A DNA stretch of 64,000 nt from an uncultured Gemmatimonadota bacterium. Lineage in GTDB: Bacteria; Gemmatimonadota; Gemmatimonadetes; Palauibacterales; Palauibacteraceae. The stretch is from assembly GCA_964480515.1 (NCBI GenBank), contig CAYZOT010000009.1, positions 33,205-97,204 of the forward strand, in the 5' to 3' direction. The translations under genes were made by a program, and so were the position numbers. Below the pieces are notes generated by a model. It made no database searches. It saw only the letters and a list, made by a program, of their open reading frames with translations, and was not told the origin of the DNA. This document shows, in pieces, positions 11,449-19,702 of the stretch (its first letter is position 1; each line of letters begins with the position of its first letter).

Positions 11449-12103
11449 TTTCTCGTTGCCCCGTGTGCATGTTTTGGTTTCAGAGCACGAGCTCGAAGAT
11501 ACAGCCGTCCTAGCGTCTCTCGACCAAATGCTCGCATCGTCCGAACCTGTCGCCGTTCACCTGCGGGCGTATTTGGATGCCGGTGAGCTTTTCACCATAG
11601 CTCAACAATTGGCCCGATTCATAGAGGGCTCCAGTTCGTGGCTTATAGTGAATGGTCGGCCGGATATCGCGCTAGCGGCTGGAGCACACGCAGTGCAGCT
11701 TGGTCATACTGCACCAGAGGTGCAGAGTACACGGGAGTTCATCAATGAATGTGGGGGACAGTTAAGGGTTGGAGTGTCAGTCCATTTGCCGGCAGAAGCC
11801 GCTTCGGCAGTTCGTGCAGGGGCTGACTACCTCGTCCTCGGAACAATCTATCCAACAAGCTCACACCCAGAGGTGGAAGCGAGTGGCCCTAGCAATATTT
11901 CCGAGACGATGAAATGTACCCGTGGTAGTGAAGTGCCGATCTTGGCAATCGGAGGCGTAAATGTGCCGAGAGCGCGAGAAGCCATATCATTTGGCGCCTA
12001 TGGAGTAGTTGTGAAAAGTGCGGTCTGGAGTGCTCCGGATTCGGTCCAGGTCGTTCAGACATTGAGAGGAGCGGTAAACGATCAATTGTGGGATGTTGTA
12101 TAG
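11432..12103 (+). CDS. Thiamine-phosphate synthase family protein (ThiE/TenI-like)
   Basis: TIM-barrel motifs VNGRPDIALAAGAHAVQLG, GADYLVLGTIYPTSSHP and ILAIGGV. Sits directly upstream of thiS-thiG, like B. subtilis tenI. GTG 11432 overlaps fmt. TTG 11456 and GTG 11465 are alternative starts. Confidence 0.75.
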   Translation: MLVSSDFSLPRVHVLVSEHELEDTAVLASLDQMLASSEPVAVHLRAYLDAGELFTIAQQLARFIEGSSSWLIVNGRPDIALAAGAHAVQLGHTAPEVQSTREFINECGGQLRVGVSVHLPAEAASAVRAGADYLVLGTIYPTSSHPEVEASGPSNISETMKCTRGSEVPILAIGGVNVPRAREAISFGAYGVVVKSAVWSAPDSVQVVQTLRGAVNDQLWDVV

Positions 12104-12104
12104 A

Positions 12105-12317
12105 ATGGCACGTCCGATCGACATTCAACTAAACGGCGAGCTATGTCATGTGGCGATTGGAACATCAATGGTCATGTTGCTGCATCAACTTGAGCTCGAT
12201 GAAAGAAGCGTTGTTGTCGAACTCAACCGAAAGATCATCCGGAGGACGGAAATGGAAAGCCTGTTCCTCAAGAAAGGTGACAATATTGAATTGGTTCATT
12301 TTGTGGGGGGTGGTTGA
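12105..12317 (+). CDS. thiS: Sulfur carrier protein ThiS
   Basis: About 70 aa with a ubiquitin-like fold, ending in ...VHFVGGG. ATG 12105 follows the thiE-like stop. ATG 12093 is an in-frame alternative. Confidence 0.88.
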   Translation: MARPIDIQLNGELCHVAIGTSMVMLLHQLELDERSVVVELNRKIIRRTEMESLFLKKGDNIELVHFVGGG

Positions 12318-13088
12318 GTGGAACAGTTGACAATTGCTGACCGCAGCTTCTCATCTCGGCTCATTGTGGGGACGGGAAAATACTCGACTCCACAGATCAT
12401 GATTGATACCATACGAGCTTCCGGAGCTGAGATGGTTACTGTTGCCGTTCGTCGTGTGGACATTTCGAATCCTGATCGAGATGCGATCCTTTGTACAATA
12501 AGTCCAGAAGAGTTCACGCTCCTTCCCAACACTGCCGGTTGCTACAGTGCAGAAGAAGCAATTCGATTCGCCCGGCTCGGGCGTGCTGCCAGTATGAGCG
12601 AGTGGGTCAAGCTCGAGGTGATCGGTGATCAAGAAACTCTTTTGCCGGATACGGAGGGTTTGCTTGAGGCCACTAAGGTCCTGGTAGGTGAGGGATTCGT
12701 TGTTTTGGCATATACAAACGACGACTTGGTGACAGCCCTCCGGCTTGAGGATGCAGGCGTGGCTGCAGTTATGCCATTAGCGTCTCCGATTGGAAGTGGG
12801 CTCGGATTGCTTAACCCACTCAACATTCGGCTTATTAAATCACGTCTTACGGTCCCTGTCATCGTTGATGCTGGTGTGGGTACAGCATCCGACGCGTGCG
12901 CCACCATGGAGCAAGGCGTTGACGGTATTTTGATGAACACAGCCCTGGCTGAGGCTGAGGATCCCGTGCAAATGGCAACCGCTATGCGGTTCGCTGTAGA
13001 TGCTGGTCGATACGCGTATTTGTCCGGCCGGATGGCGAAACGTGAATGGGCGGCGCCCTCGAGCCCGTTGCAAGGAATCCCAGGCTGA
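12318..13088 (+). CDS. thiG: Thiazole synthase ThiG
   Basis: SSRLIVGTGKY, LLPNTAGC and VMPLASPIGSG motifs. 256 aa. GTG follows directly after the thiS stop. Confidence 0.94.
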   Translation: MEQLTIADRSFSSRLIVGTGKYSTPQIMIDTIRASGAEMVTVAVRRVDISNPDRDAILCTISPEEFTLLPNTAGCYSAEEAIRFARLGRAASMSEWVKLEVIGDQETLLPDTEGLLEATKVLVGEGFVVLAYTNDDLVTALRLEDAGVAAVMPLASPIGSGLGLLNPLNIRLIKSRLTVPVIVDAGVGTASDACATMEQGVDGILMNTALAEAEDPVQMATAMRFAVDAGRYAYLSGRMAKREWAAPSSPLQGIPG

Positions 13089-13095
13089 CTCTCTT

Positions 13096-14373
13096 TTGAA
13101 CCCCCGCTTGGCTGCACACCGCATCCTTTCAGAAGTGAGAAAAGGGGGGTTTGCTGATGAATCATCCGAAAGAATCCTTTCTGAAGTAGCTCAGAAAGAT
13201 CGAGGATTGGCTCTCGAGATCGGATACGGGTGTGTCCGACTTAGAACTCGCCTCGACACATGGATCCAGGCGTTTTCAGATCGACCGATACGACGAATTG
13301 ATGCTGATATGCTAGACTGGCTCCGGATTGGCGCCTATCAGCTCCGTGAGCTACGCACGCCTGACCATGCTTCGGTGAACGAGACAGTGCAGGCTGCGCG
13401 AGAGGTGATGGATCGTAGGCGAGCAGCATATATCAACGCTGTACTCCGTGCGCTGGCGAGTAATACCAATACGGATCCGTTTCCGTCGCACGACACAAAT
13501 CCTGTCGCGTATCTGACCACTTGGGGTTCACATCCTGAGTGGCTCATTCGTCGCTGGCTCGATCGTTGGAGTTTCCATGATGTATCTCGTCTTGTGGAGC
13601 ATGGAAATAGTGCCCCGGATGTGGTGCTCCGTATGCTGGGTGATGACCCGAAGTGTATACCTGAAGGCGTTAAACTTCGACGTTTGCCAGGTTGGTCACG
13701 ATCTTTCGCAATAGTTGAGGGATCACCAAGCGCTGCCCTCGGAGGGCTTCACGGGGTCATACAGGACCCCGCGGCCTCTAGTGTGGTAGATTACACAGGC
13801 GCATGGACGCCGAAGCCCGTTCTCGATGTGTGTGCGGCACCAGGTACTAAGGCGATAGGTCTAGCAGCGGCCGTGCCGACCCCAGTGGTTGCGCTGGATG
13901 TCTCACCAAAGCGCTTGAGACAAGTGGGTCGGTCGGCAGAACGAACGCATCTTCCCATAGCGCTCGTTGCAGCGGATGCACGATGTCTTCCAATCGCTTC
14001 GGCTGGGACGATTATCGCCGATGTTCCTTGCACGGGGACAGGTGTTCTCCGCCGCCGAGTAGATTCGCGATGGAGGCTTGATGAAGGGCGACTTAAGAAA
14101 CTTTTGGTGCTTCAGCGGGATATTCTTGAGTCATGTTCTTCTATCGTGAAGGAGGGAGGAGTGTTGGTCTACAGTACATGTTCTCTTGAGCCTGAGGAGA
14201 ACGAGGATCAGGTGGAGGCATTCTTGGAACGACACCGGGAATTTAGGCGGGAACCGCCAAGTGAGACTGTAGTTCCCGAAGCTTGCCTATCCCCTGCGGG
14301 CGACCTGTTTATACGCCCATGGATTACAGGTACGGACGGCTCGTACGCGGCTCGTATGCGTCGTACTGCATGA
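13096..14373 (+). CDS. rsmB: 16S rRNA (cytosine967-C5)-methyltransferase RsmB
   Basis: NusB-like N-terminal domain plus a SAM methyltransferase domain (DVCAAPGTKA, DVPCTGTGVLRR, YSTCSLEPEENE). TTG 13096 comes just after the thiG stop. ORF-track start 13000 overlaps thiG. Confidence 0.9.
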   Translation: MNPRLAAHRILSEVRKGGFADESSERILSEVAQKDRGLALEIGYGCVRLRTRLDTWIQAFSDRPIRRIDADMLDWLRIGAYQLRELRTPDHASVNETVQAAREVMDRRRAAYINAVLRALASNTNTDPFPSHDTNPVAYLTTWGSHPEWLIRRWLDRWSFHDVSRLVEHGNSAPDVVLRMLGDDPKCIPEGVKLRRLPGWSRSFAIVEGSPSAALGGLHGVIQDPAASSVVDYTGAWTPKPVLDVCAAPGTKAIGLAAAVPTPVVALDVSPKRLRQVGRSAERTHLPIALVAADARCLPIASAGTIIADVPCTGTGVLRRRVDSRWRLDEGRLKKLLVLQRDILESCSSIVKEGGVLVYSTCSLEPEENEDQVEAFLERHREFRREPPSETVVPEACLSPAGDLFIRPWITGTDGSYAARMRRTA

Positions 14374-15233
14374 GTTTCGAGCGCAGGAACACTAAGCGGA
14401 GTGGGCCTTTACTCGCGGGGCTCCTGAGGAGTCGAGTCGGACGAGCAATAGCATTCACTGGTATTATGTTTGTCATCGGTTACACGATTTCCAGCCAATG
14501 GTTCTCTCCTTCGGTGGACGATCCGATGAATACCGAATTTTATCAGATCCCTGATTTGTCTGGGCTTGGGCTGGTAGATGCTACAGAAATGCTGGCAGAA
14601 CTCGGTCTTACGGGTGTCGTTCGCAGTCAACTGCGTCACCCCCGAGTACCCGAAGGCGATATCGTTGCCCAGAGCCCACTACCTGGTCAGGTCGGGCGCA
14701 ACGGAGACACTGTCCGTTTAACTACAAGTGCTGGCCCATTATCTCGAGTGGTCCCGAATTTGATCGGGTTAGGTGGAGATGATGCGGCAGGTATACTCCG
14801 CCACCTCGGATTTGATGTGGATATAGTTCGTTCTACCGAAGTCGAAAGAGCAGGGGTTATAGAAATCCGTCCCGGACCAGGAACCCGGCTAATATTGCCC
14901 GTGACCATTGAACTGGCGGTGAGTGAAGGGTCCACAATCGTTACGGTGCCCGATCTTCGTGGCCGTCATGTCGACGATGTCCAAGCCGTTCTCGAGGACG
15001 GACAGCTGCAGTTAGGTGCGATTCGGTATCAAGTGAACGCCCCCGAGGGACCTGGGCGTGTAGTATCTCAGAGCCCAGCACCGAGTTCGCCTCTCTCCTT
15101 GGACGGTTTTGTTTCTATCGTAGTAGCAGGAATGCCGCCTGATTCAGTGAGTGCCGACCTTACAGACGAGGTAGAGCCTGTGTCGTCCGATACCACCACT
15201 GATCGATTAACACCTCAAATGAGGATTCGATAA
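14370..15233 (+). CDS. Membrane-anchored PASTA-domain protein (three PASTA repeats, no kinase or PBP domain)
   Basis: Short cytoplasmic N-terminus, one TM (AIAFTGIMFVIGYTI), then three repeats of about 65 aa starting IPDLSGL.., VPNLIGL.. and VPDLRGR.., which is typical of PASTA. ATG 14370 overlaps the rsmB stop as ATGA. Confidence 0.8.
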   Translation: MSFERRNTKRSGPLLAGLLRSRVGRAIAFTGIMFVIGYTISSQWFSPSVDDPMNTEFYQIPDLSGLGLVDATEMLAELGLTGVVRSQLRHPRVPEGDIVAQSPLPGQVGRNGDTVRLTTSAGPLSRVVPNLIGLGGDDAAGILRHLGFDVDIVRSTEVERAGVIEIRPGPGTRLILPVTIELAVSEGSTIVTVPDLRGRHVDDVQAVLEDGQLQLGAIRYQVNAPEGPGRVVSQSPAPSSPLSLDGFVSIVVAGMPPDSVSADLTDEVEPVSSDTTTDRLTPQMRIR

Positions 15234-15234
15234 G

Positions 15235-15540
15235 ATGGACTTTCGTCGAATGATGAACGAAAATTGGCCATACAAGACGGCTGCTGTTGTACTTTCTATC
15301 CTCATGTGGCTGAGTGTGTCGTGCCCCTCGGAGATGGTAGTGGAGGCTGCCGGGGGGATAACTGAGGTCAGGGCGCCGAAACCTCGTTACTTGCAGATGC
15401 CAGTAGAGGTCACAGGTCCGATCGAAGAGAGTCGCTCAATAATATCGCGTGGTGTAGTGTTTTCGTCCGATTTTATGGCTAATGTCGATTGTGAACGTAA
15501 CACCTGGGCTGGGCCTCTCGATTTTCGATTCAACACCTGA
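15235..15540 (+). CDS. Small hypothetical membrane protein (N-terminus resembles the YbbR/CdaR-type anchor)
   Basis: 101 aa. NWPYKTAAVVLSILMWLSV resembles the N-terminal anchor of YbbR-like proteins. Only about one short extracytoplasmic segment follows. Weak call, possibly a remnant. Confidence 0.4.
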   Translation: MDFRRMMNENWPYKTAAVVLSILMWLSVSCPSEMVVEAAGGITEVRAPKPRYLQMPVEVTGPIEESRSIISRGVVFSSDFMANVDCERNTWAGPLDFRFNT

Positions 15541-15569
15541 GTAAACAAGAAATCTGTCCTTAAACGCCT

Positions 15570-16631
15570 ATGATATCGACTCCAGCATATCGAGGAGGCC
15601 CTGTTCTCGGGATCGAGACGTCATGTGACGAAACTTCGGCTGCCGTCGTCGACGAGTCGGGCATTCGTGGTCTTGCTATCCTTTCGCAAGATGCTCATGC
15701 GGCATTTGGTGGTGTGGTGCCTGAGATTGCGGCACGCGAGCATGTTCGCTCGCTTGGAGCGTTGGTCCGGCACGCAATGCAACAAGCAAATGTGGTTGAT
15801 GAAGAGATCGGAGGGGTAGGAGTGACAGCGGGTCCCGGGCTGGTGGGTGCCCTTCTCGTCGGATTGAACTGGGGGAAAGCCTATGCGTTTGCGAGCGGAA
15901 TTCCGCTCCTTGGGGTACACCATATGGAAGGCCACCTGTTCGGTACTGCATTGGAGCACGCTAATGCGCAACCGCCGTTCATTGGCCTACTCGTATCAGG
16001 TGGACATACGATTCTTCTTGAGGCCCGGGGGTGGGGCGATTATCACTTATTAGGTCAGACGCGCGACGATGCAGCAGGAGAGGCATTCGACAAGATTGCA
16101 CGACGCTTGGGATTGGCCTATCCGGGAGGTCCTGAGATCGAACGTGTCGCTGAGCATGGAAAAACTGGGCGATTCTCTCTTCCCCGTCCCATGCTGTCTT
16201 CTCGTGATCACCCAAGCGACGCGGCCTACTTTGATATGTCATTCAGTGGCCTCAAAACTGCCGTCGCGATGCTCGCTAGCGAGTTAGAGCGAAATGGAGG
16301 ATTGAATGGCCTTGTTCCTGATCTGGCAGCGGAGTTCCAGGAAGCGGTCATTGATGTTTTGGTTGAGAAAACTATGAGAGCAGTTGAGTTCACGAACTGC
16401 CATCGTGTGGTTCTGGGTGGTGGTGTAGCGCGTAACTCGCGGCTCCGAAATTGTTTGAGTAAACGACTCGCCGATGGCGGGGAGTTGTATATTCCCTCCG
16501 GTCGTCTGGCAACTGACAACGCAGCGATGATTGCAGAGGCGGCGCGTCATCGTCTCAAAAATGGAGAACGCAGCTCATGGTCGCTTAATGCGGACCCTTC
16601 GCTTGCGTTCCCTGGACTAGTCTGCAGTTGA
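15570..16631 (+). CDS. tsaD: tRNA N6-adenosine threonylcarbamoyltransferase TsaD
   Basis: VLGIETSCDETSAAVV, HHMEGH and VSGGHT motifs. 353 aa. Confidence 0.95.
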   Translation: MISTPAYRGGPVLGIETSCDETSAAVVDESGIRGLAILSQDAHAAFGGVVPEIAAREHVRSLGALVRHAMQQANVVDEEIGGVGVTAGPGLVGALLVGLNWGKAYAFASGIPLLGVHHMEGHLFGTALEHANAQPPFIGLLVSGGHTILLEARGWGDYHLLGQTRDDAAGEAFDKIARRLGLAYPGGPEIERVAEHGKTGRFSLPRPMLSSRDHPSDAAYFDMSFSGLKTAVAMLASELERNGGLNGLVPDLAAEFQEAVIDVLVEKTMRAVEFTNCHRVVLGGGVARNSRLRNCLSKRLADGGELYIPSGRLATDNAAMIAEAARHRLKNGERSSWSLNADPSLAFPGLVCS

Positions 16632-16652
16632 AAAACTTGAGAGGGTGAGAGC

Positions 16653-17486
16653 GTGTATCCCGAACTGTTTACTCTGAACTTGCCGGTGTTGGGAGAGATG
16701 ACTATCACGTCGTTCGGCGTGATGTTGGCACTAGCGTTTTTGTCTGGGCATTTCGTTCTACGATCGGAACTGGGCCGACTTGGTGCAGACCAGGAGATGA
16801 GTGCAGATGCCCTCTTGGGTGCACTTGTCGGTGGGATTGTCGGAGCAAAGCTCTACTATGCAGCACTGTACTGGGACTTGACCGCAGCTAATCCCTTTGG
16901 AATGCTGTTCTCGCGCGGCGGACTCGTCTGGTATGGAGGGTTTCTCGGTGGAGTGCTCGGGGTCATCTGGGTTATTCGTCGTAAAGGGGCTTCAATCCCG
17001 CTCACTGCCGATGCTATTGCGCCCGCTCTAGCGCTCTCGTATTCGATTGGGCGTCTTGGTTGCTTCTTGGTTGGAGATGACTACGGTCGCCCAACGGACT
17101 CGTTCGTGGGTATTGCATTCCCTGGAGGGCAACCTCCGTCGACTGCAGGGAATCTTCGTCGTTTCGGGGCCGGTGTAGATCCGGCTATTCCGGACACAGA
17201 GGTGCTAGCTGTGCACCCGACTCAGCTATACGAGTCTAGCCTGTCACTCCTTTTCTTCTTTCTACTAATTCGTTTACGGGGGCACCCGCACCAAAAAGGG
17301 TGGCTGTTCGCTCTCTGGCTCGCGTTGGCGGGGGCTGAACGTTTCTTTGTGGAGCTATTTCGAGCTAAGGATGACCGTTTCTTAGGATCGTTTACGCTCG
17401 CACAGGCTATTTCCGTTGGGGTGATAGTCATCGGAGTGACGCTCATCATGCGTTTTCGTCGACCTGACGCGGCTGCGGCGGGCTGA
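16653..17486 (+). CDS. lgt: Prolipoprotein diacylglyceryl transferase
   Basis: Polytopic protein with GRLGCFLVGDDYGRPT and HPTQLYES motifs. Confidence 0.93.
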   Translation: MYPELFTLNLPVLGEMTITSFGVMLALAFLSGHFVLRSELGRLGADQEMSADALLGALVGGIVGAKLYYAALYWDLTAANPFGMLFSRGGLVWYGGFLGGVLGVIWVIRRKGASIPLTADAIAPALALSYSIGRLGCFLVGDDYGRPTDSFVGIAFPGGQPPSTAGNLRRFGAGVDPAIPDTEVLAVHPTQLYESSLSLLFFFLLIRLRGHPHQKGWLFALWLALAGAERFFVELFRAKDDRFLGSFTLAQAISVGVIVIGVTLIMRFRRPDAAAAG

Positions 17487-17554
17487 TCACACCGCGCAGA
17501 GGGAAACGTACGGTTTCACAAGCGGCGGGCCGCAAGGCATGCCGACTAAAACTG

Positions 17555-19702
17555 GTGCTGTTCGTGGCTGCGATCGTTTGCGCGAGCCAAGGCGAACTTT
17601 CTGGACAAGTCATTCGAGAACCAGAAGTTCGTTCTCTTCGCTTTATCGGAAACGAATCATTCTCCGACCGAGATTTGCGCGCGGTTATCCAGAGCCGTAG
17701 TACTGGATGCGTCAGCTTCCTCTTGAACCCCGTGTGTCTTCTGACCGACTGGGGGTTTGCCCACCGCCGTGGCTATTTGGATTCACTCGATGTTGCAGGA
17801 GATGAACTCCGACTTCGCTCCTTCTACACACTTCGGGGATTTTTCGACGCCGCAGTGCAAAGTGATATTAGTACGATTGGGCAGGATGCACGGGTGGAGT
17901 TCACCGTTACTGAAGGTGAACCAACACCCATCGACAGTTTTGTGATTCGCGGGCTCCCCGACGTAATAGACGTAAATTCTGCGCAAGAGATGATTGGTGT
18001 GGAGGTCGGGGAACGGTTCGATCAGCTCCGACTTGAGGCTAGGATAGACAGTCTTGTGCAAGCAATGCACGAGTTGGGGTTCATTGAGGCCTTGGTACTG
18101 CAAGATGCCCGTCGTCAAGTTGGCGGGTCGGCACAAGTCGAGCTTGATGTGATTCCTGGTCGTCGGTTCAAGGTTGGCGACATCCATATGGAAGGGCATG
18201 AAACTATAGGGGAGGGTGTCGTTCGTGATCTGTTGAGGCTTCGTACTGGCGACTTCTACAGTCAGAGCCGTGAAGAGGAAAGCCAGAGAAACTTGTTCAG
18301 TCTCGATGCGGTGCGGTTTGCTTCGATTGCGAGACAACGACCATCTGAAAACGGAGTCATGTCGGATTCAATCGTCGATCTTCTGGTCCAGATTACACCG
18401 GCTGGGAACCGAGCTGCCCGTGGGGGGTTTGGGTGGAGCACGGATGAGTGTTTGCAAACCGAAGCGAGGTTGACACACCGGAATCTTTTCGGGGGTGCGC
18501 GTCGACTGGAGATTACTGCTCGACTCAAGAATATCTTCGCTCAGCAATTGGGTGGATCTTTCCCTTGTTCGGGTGTTGGGACGAATCCGGATTTCCGCAC
18601 CCTTAATTTCCTGCTCCAGGCTGAGTTGCTTGTTCCCGTTTTTTTCTCTGGCAGGAATAGTTTCAGGGCCAGTTTGTTTGGAGAGCGAGAGACGGTCCCC
18701 GATGTGTTCATACGGGAAGGGATTGGAGCGGCGTTAGCGGTTTCGCGGCGCTTGGGCTCTGGGATGACAGCGACTCTCGCATATCAGCCAGCATTTACGG
18801 GTTTTGACGAACAATCAGCCGACATTTTCTTTTGCGTTAACTTCGGGTTTTGTACGCCAGAAGATATTGCTACGGTTACTCAGGCGAGATGGTTAGCGCC
18901 CTTATCTCTAGATTGGATTTTTAATAAAACCAATGATCCATTACGGCCCAGTCGTGGTTTCTATATTACGACCGAAATTGAGACTGCGGGTTCGCTAACA
19001 GGTTCGGAGTACAGATATGTAAGGGCGGGTCTTCAGGGAGCCGTATTTCAACAACTTGAACCAGGTCTTGTTTTTGGAGCGCGGGCTAGGGCCGGTGTTG
19101 TTGAACCCACCAGCACACCACTGTTCCCAACCGATCCGACTAAAGGAGAGGATGTAATCCACCCCTCCAAGCGGTTTTTTGCAGGTGGGTCGCAAAGCGT
19201 GCGAGGGTTTGGCCAAAACCTACTTGGACCCCGAGTGTTGGTTCTCAACCAAATAGAAGACTGTTCTGGCCAAGTGCTCGAAGTCTGCGCAGGAAATTTG
19301 GCTGCTAATGATCCCAGCCGCTTCGAGCAGCGGCCAAGTGGTGGCAATGCATTCTTCGAAGTGAATCTTGAGTTTCGGCAGACGTTAGATCAACGGTGGG
19401 GCCTAGTGTTCTTCGTCGATGCGGGCAACGTCTGGGACGATTTGTCTAAGATTCGTGCCCCGATCTGGACTCCGGGTGCAGGTATTCGCTTCATCAGCCC
19501 TATTGGCCCCATTCGACTCGATCTGGGGTATAATCCGACTGGTACGATGAACTTGCCTGTGATTATCTCGCTTGAGAACGGAACGCTCGTTCAGCTCGAT
19601 CAACCAGTCAGTTTTGACCCGTTCGAGTTCGACAATCCGTCTTCTTTTCGCAAGATCTTGCGGCGATTTCAGCTTCACATATCGATTGGAGAGGCATTTT
19701 GA
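17555..19702 (+). CDS. tamA: Omp85/BamA-family outer membrane protein (TamA-like partner of the downstream TamB)
   Basis: POTRA-like repeats (VRSLRFIGNESFSDRDL.., FKVGDIHMEGHE..) and a C-terminal surface-antigen barrel ending ..HISIGEAF. The stop overlaps the TamB start. GTG 17555 is the first canonical start. In-frame CTG 17483 (CTGA with the lgt stop) would add a basic signal-peptide n-region. Confidence 0.85.
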   Translation: MLFVAAIVCASQGELSGQVIREPEVRSLRFIGNESFSDRDLRAVIQSRSTGCVSFLLNPVCLLTDWGFAHRRGYLDSLDVAGDELRLRSFYTLRGFFDAAVQSDISTIGQDARVEFTVTEGEPTPIDSFVIRGLPDVIDVNSAQEMIGVEVGERFDQLRLEARIDSLVQAMHELGFIEALVLQDARRQVGGSAQVELDVIPGRRFKVGDIHMEGHETIGEGVVRDLLRLRTGDFYSQSREEESQRNLFSLDAVRFASIARQRPSENGVMSDSIVDLLVQITPAGNRAARGGFGWSTDECLQTEARLTHRNLFGGARRLEITARLKNIFAQQLGGSFPCSGVGTNPDFRTLNFLLQAELLVPVFFSGRNSFRASLFGERETVPDVFIREGIGAALAVSRRLGSGMTATLAYQPAFTGFDEQSADIFFCVNFGFCTPEDIATVTQARWLAPLSLDWIFNKTNDPLRPSRGFYITTEIETAGSLTGSEYRYVRAGLQGAVFQQLEPGLVFGARARAGVVEPTSTPLFPTDPTKGEDVIHPSKRFFAGGSQSVRGFGQNLLGPRVLVLNQIEDCSGQVLEVCAGNLAANDPSRFEQRPSGGNAFFEVNLEFRQTLDQRWGLVFFVDAGNVWDDLSKIRAPIWTPGAGIRFISPIGPIRLDLGYNPTGTMNLPVIISLENGTLVQLDQPVSFDPFEFDNPSSFRKILRRFQLHISIGEAF

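Noticed and set aside
11300-11470. Search for a TPP (THI-box) riboswitch ahead of the thi genes
   Set aside because: The region is fmt coding sequence, with at most 17 nt of spacer. No CTGAGA-type THI-box core was seen by eye. It is reported instead as the absence of a leader.
12629-13165. 178-aa minus-strand ORF antisense to thiG
   Set aside because: It lies entirely inside a well-supported thiG/rsmB coding region. It has Ser/Ala/Arg-rich low-information composition typical of a shadow ORF and no start-site signals.
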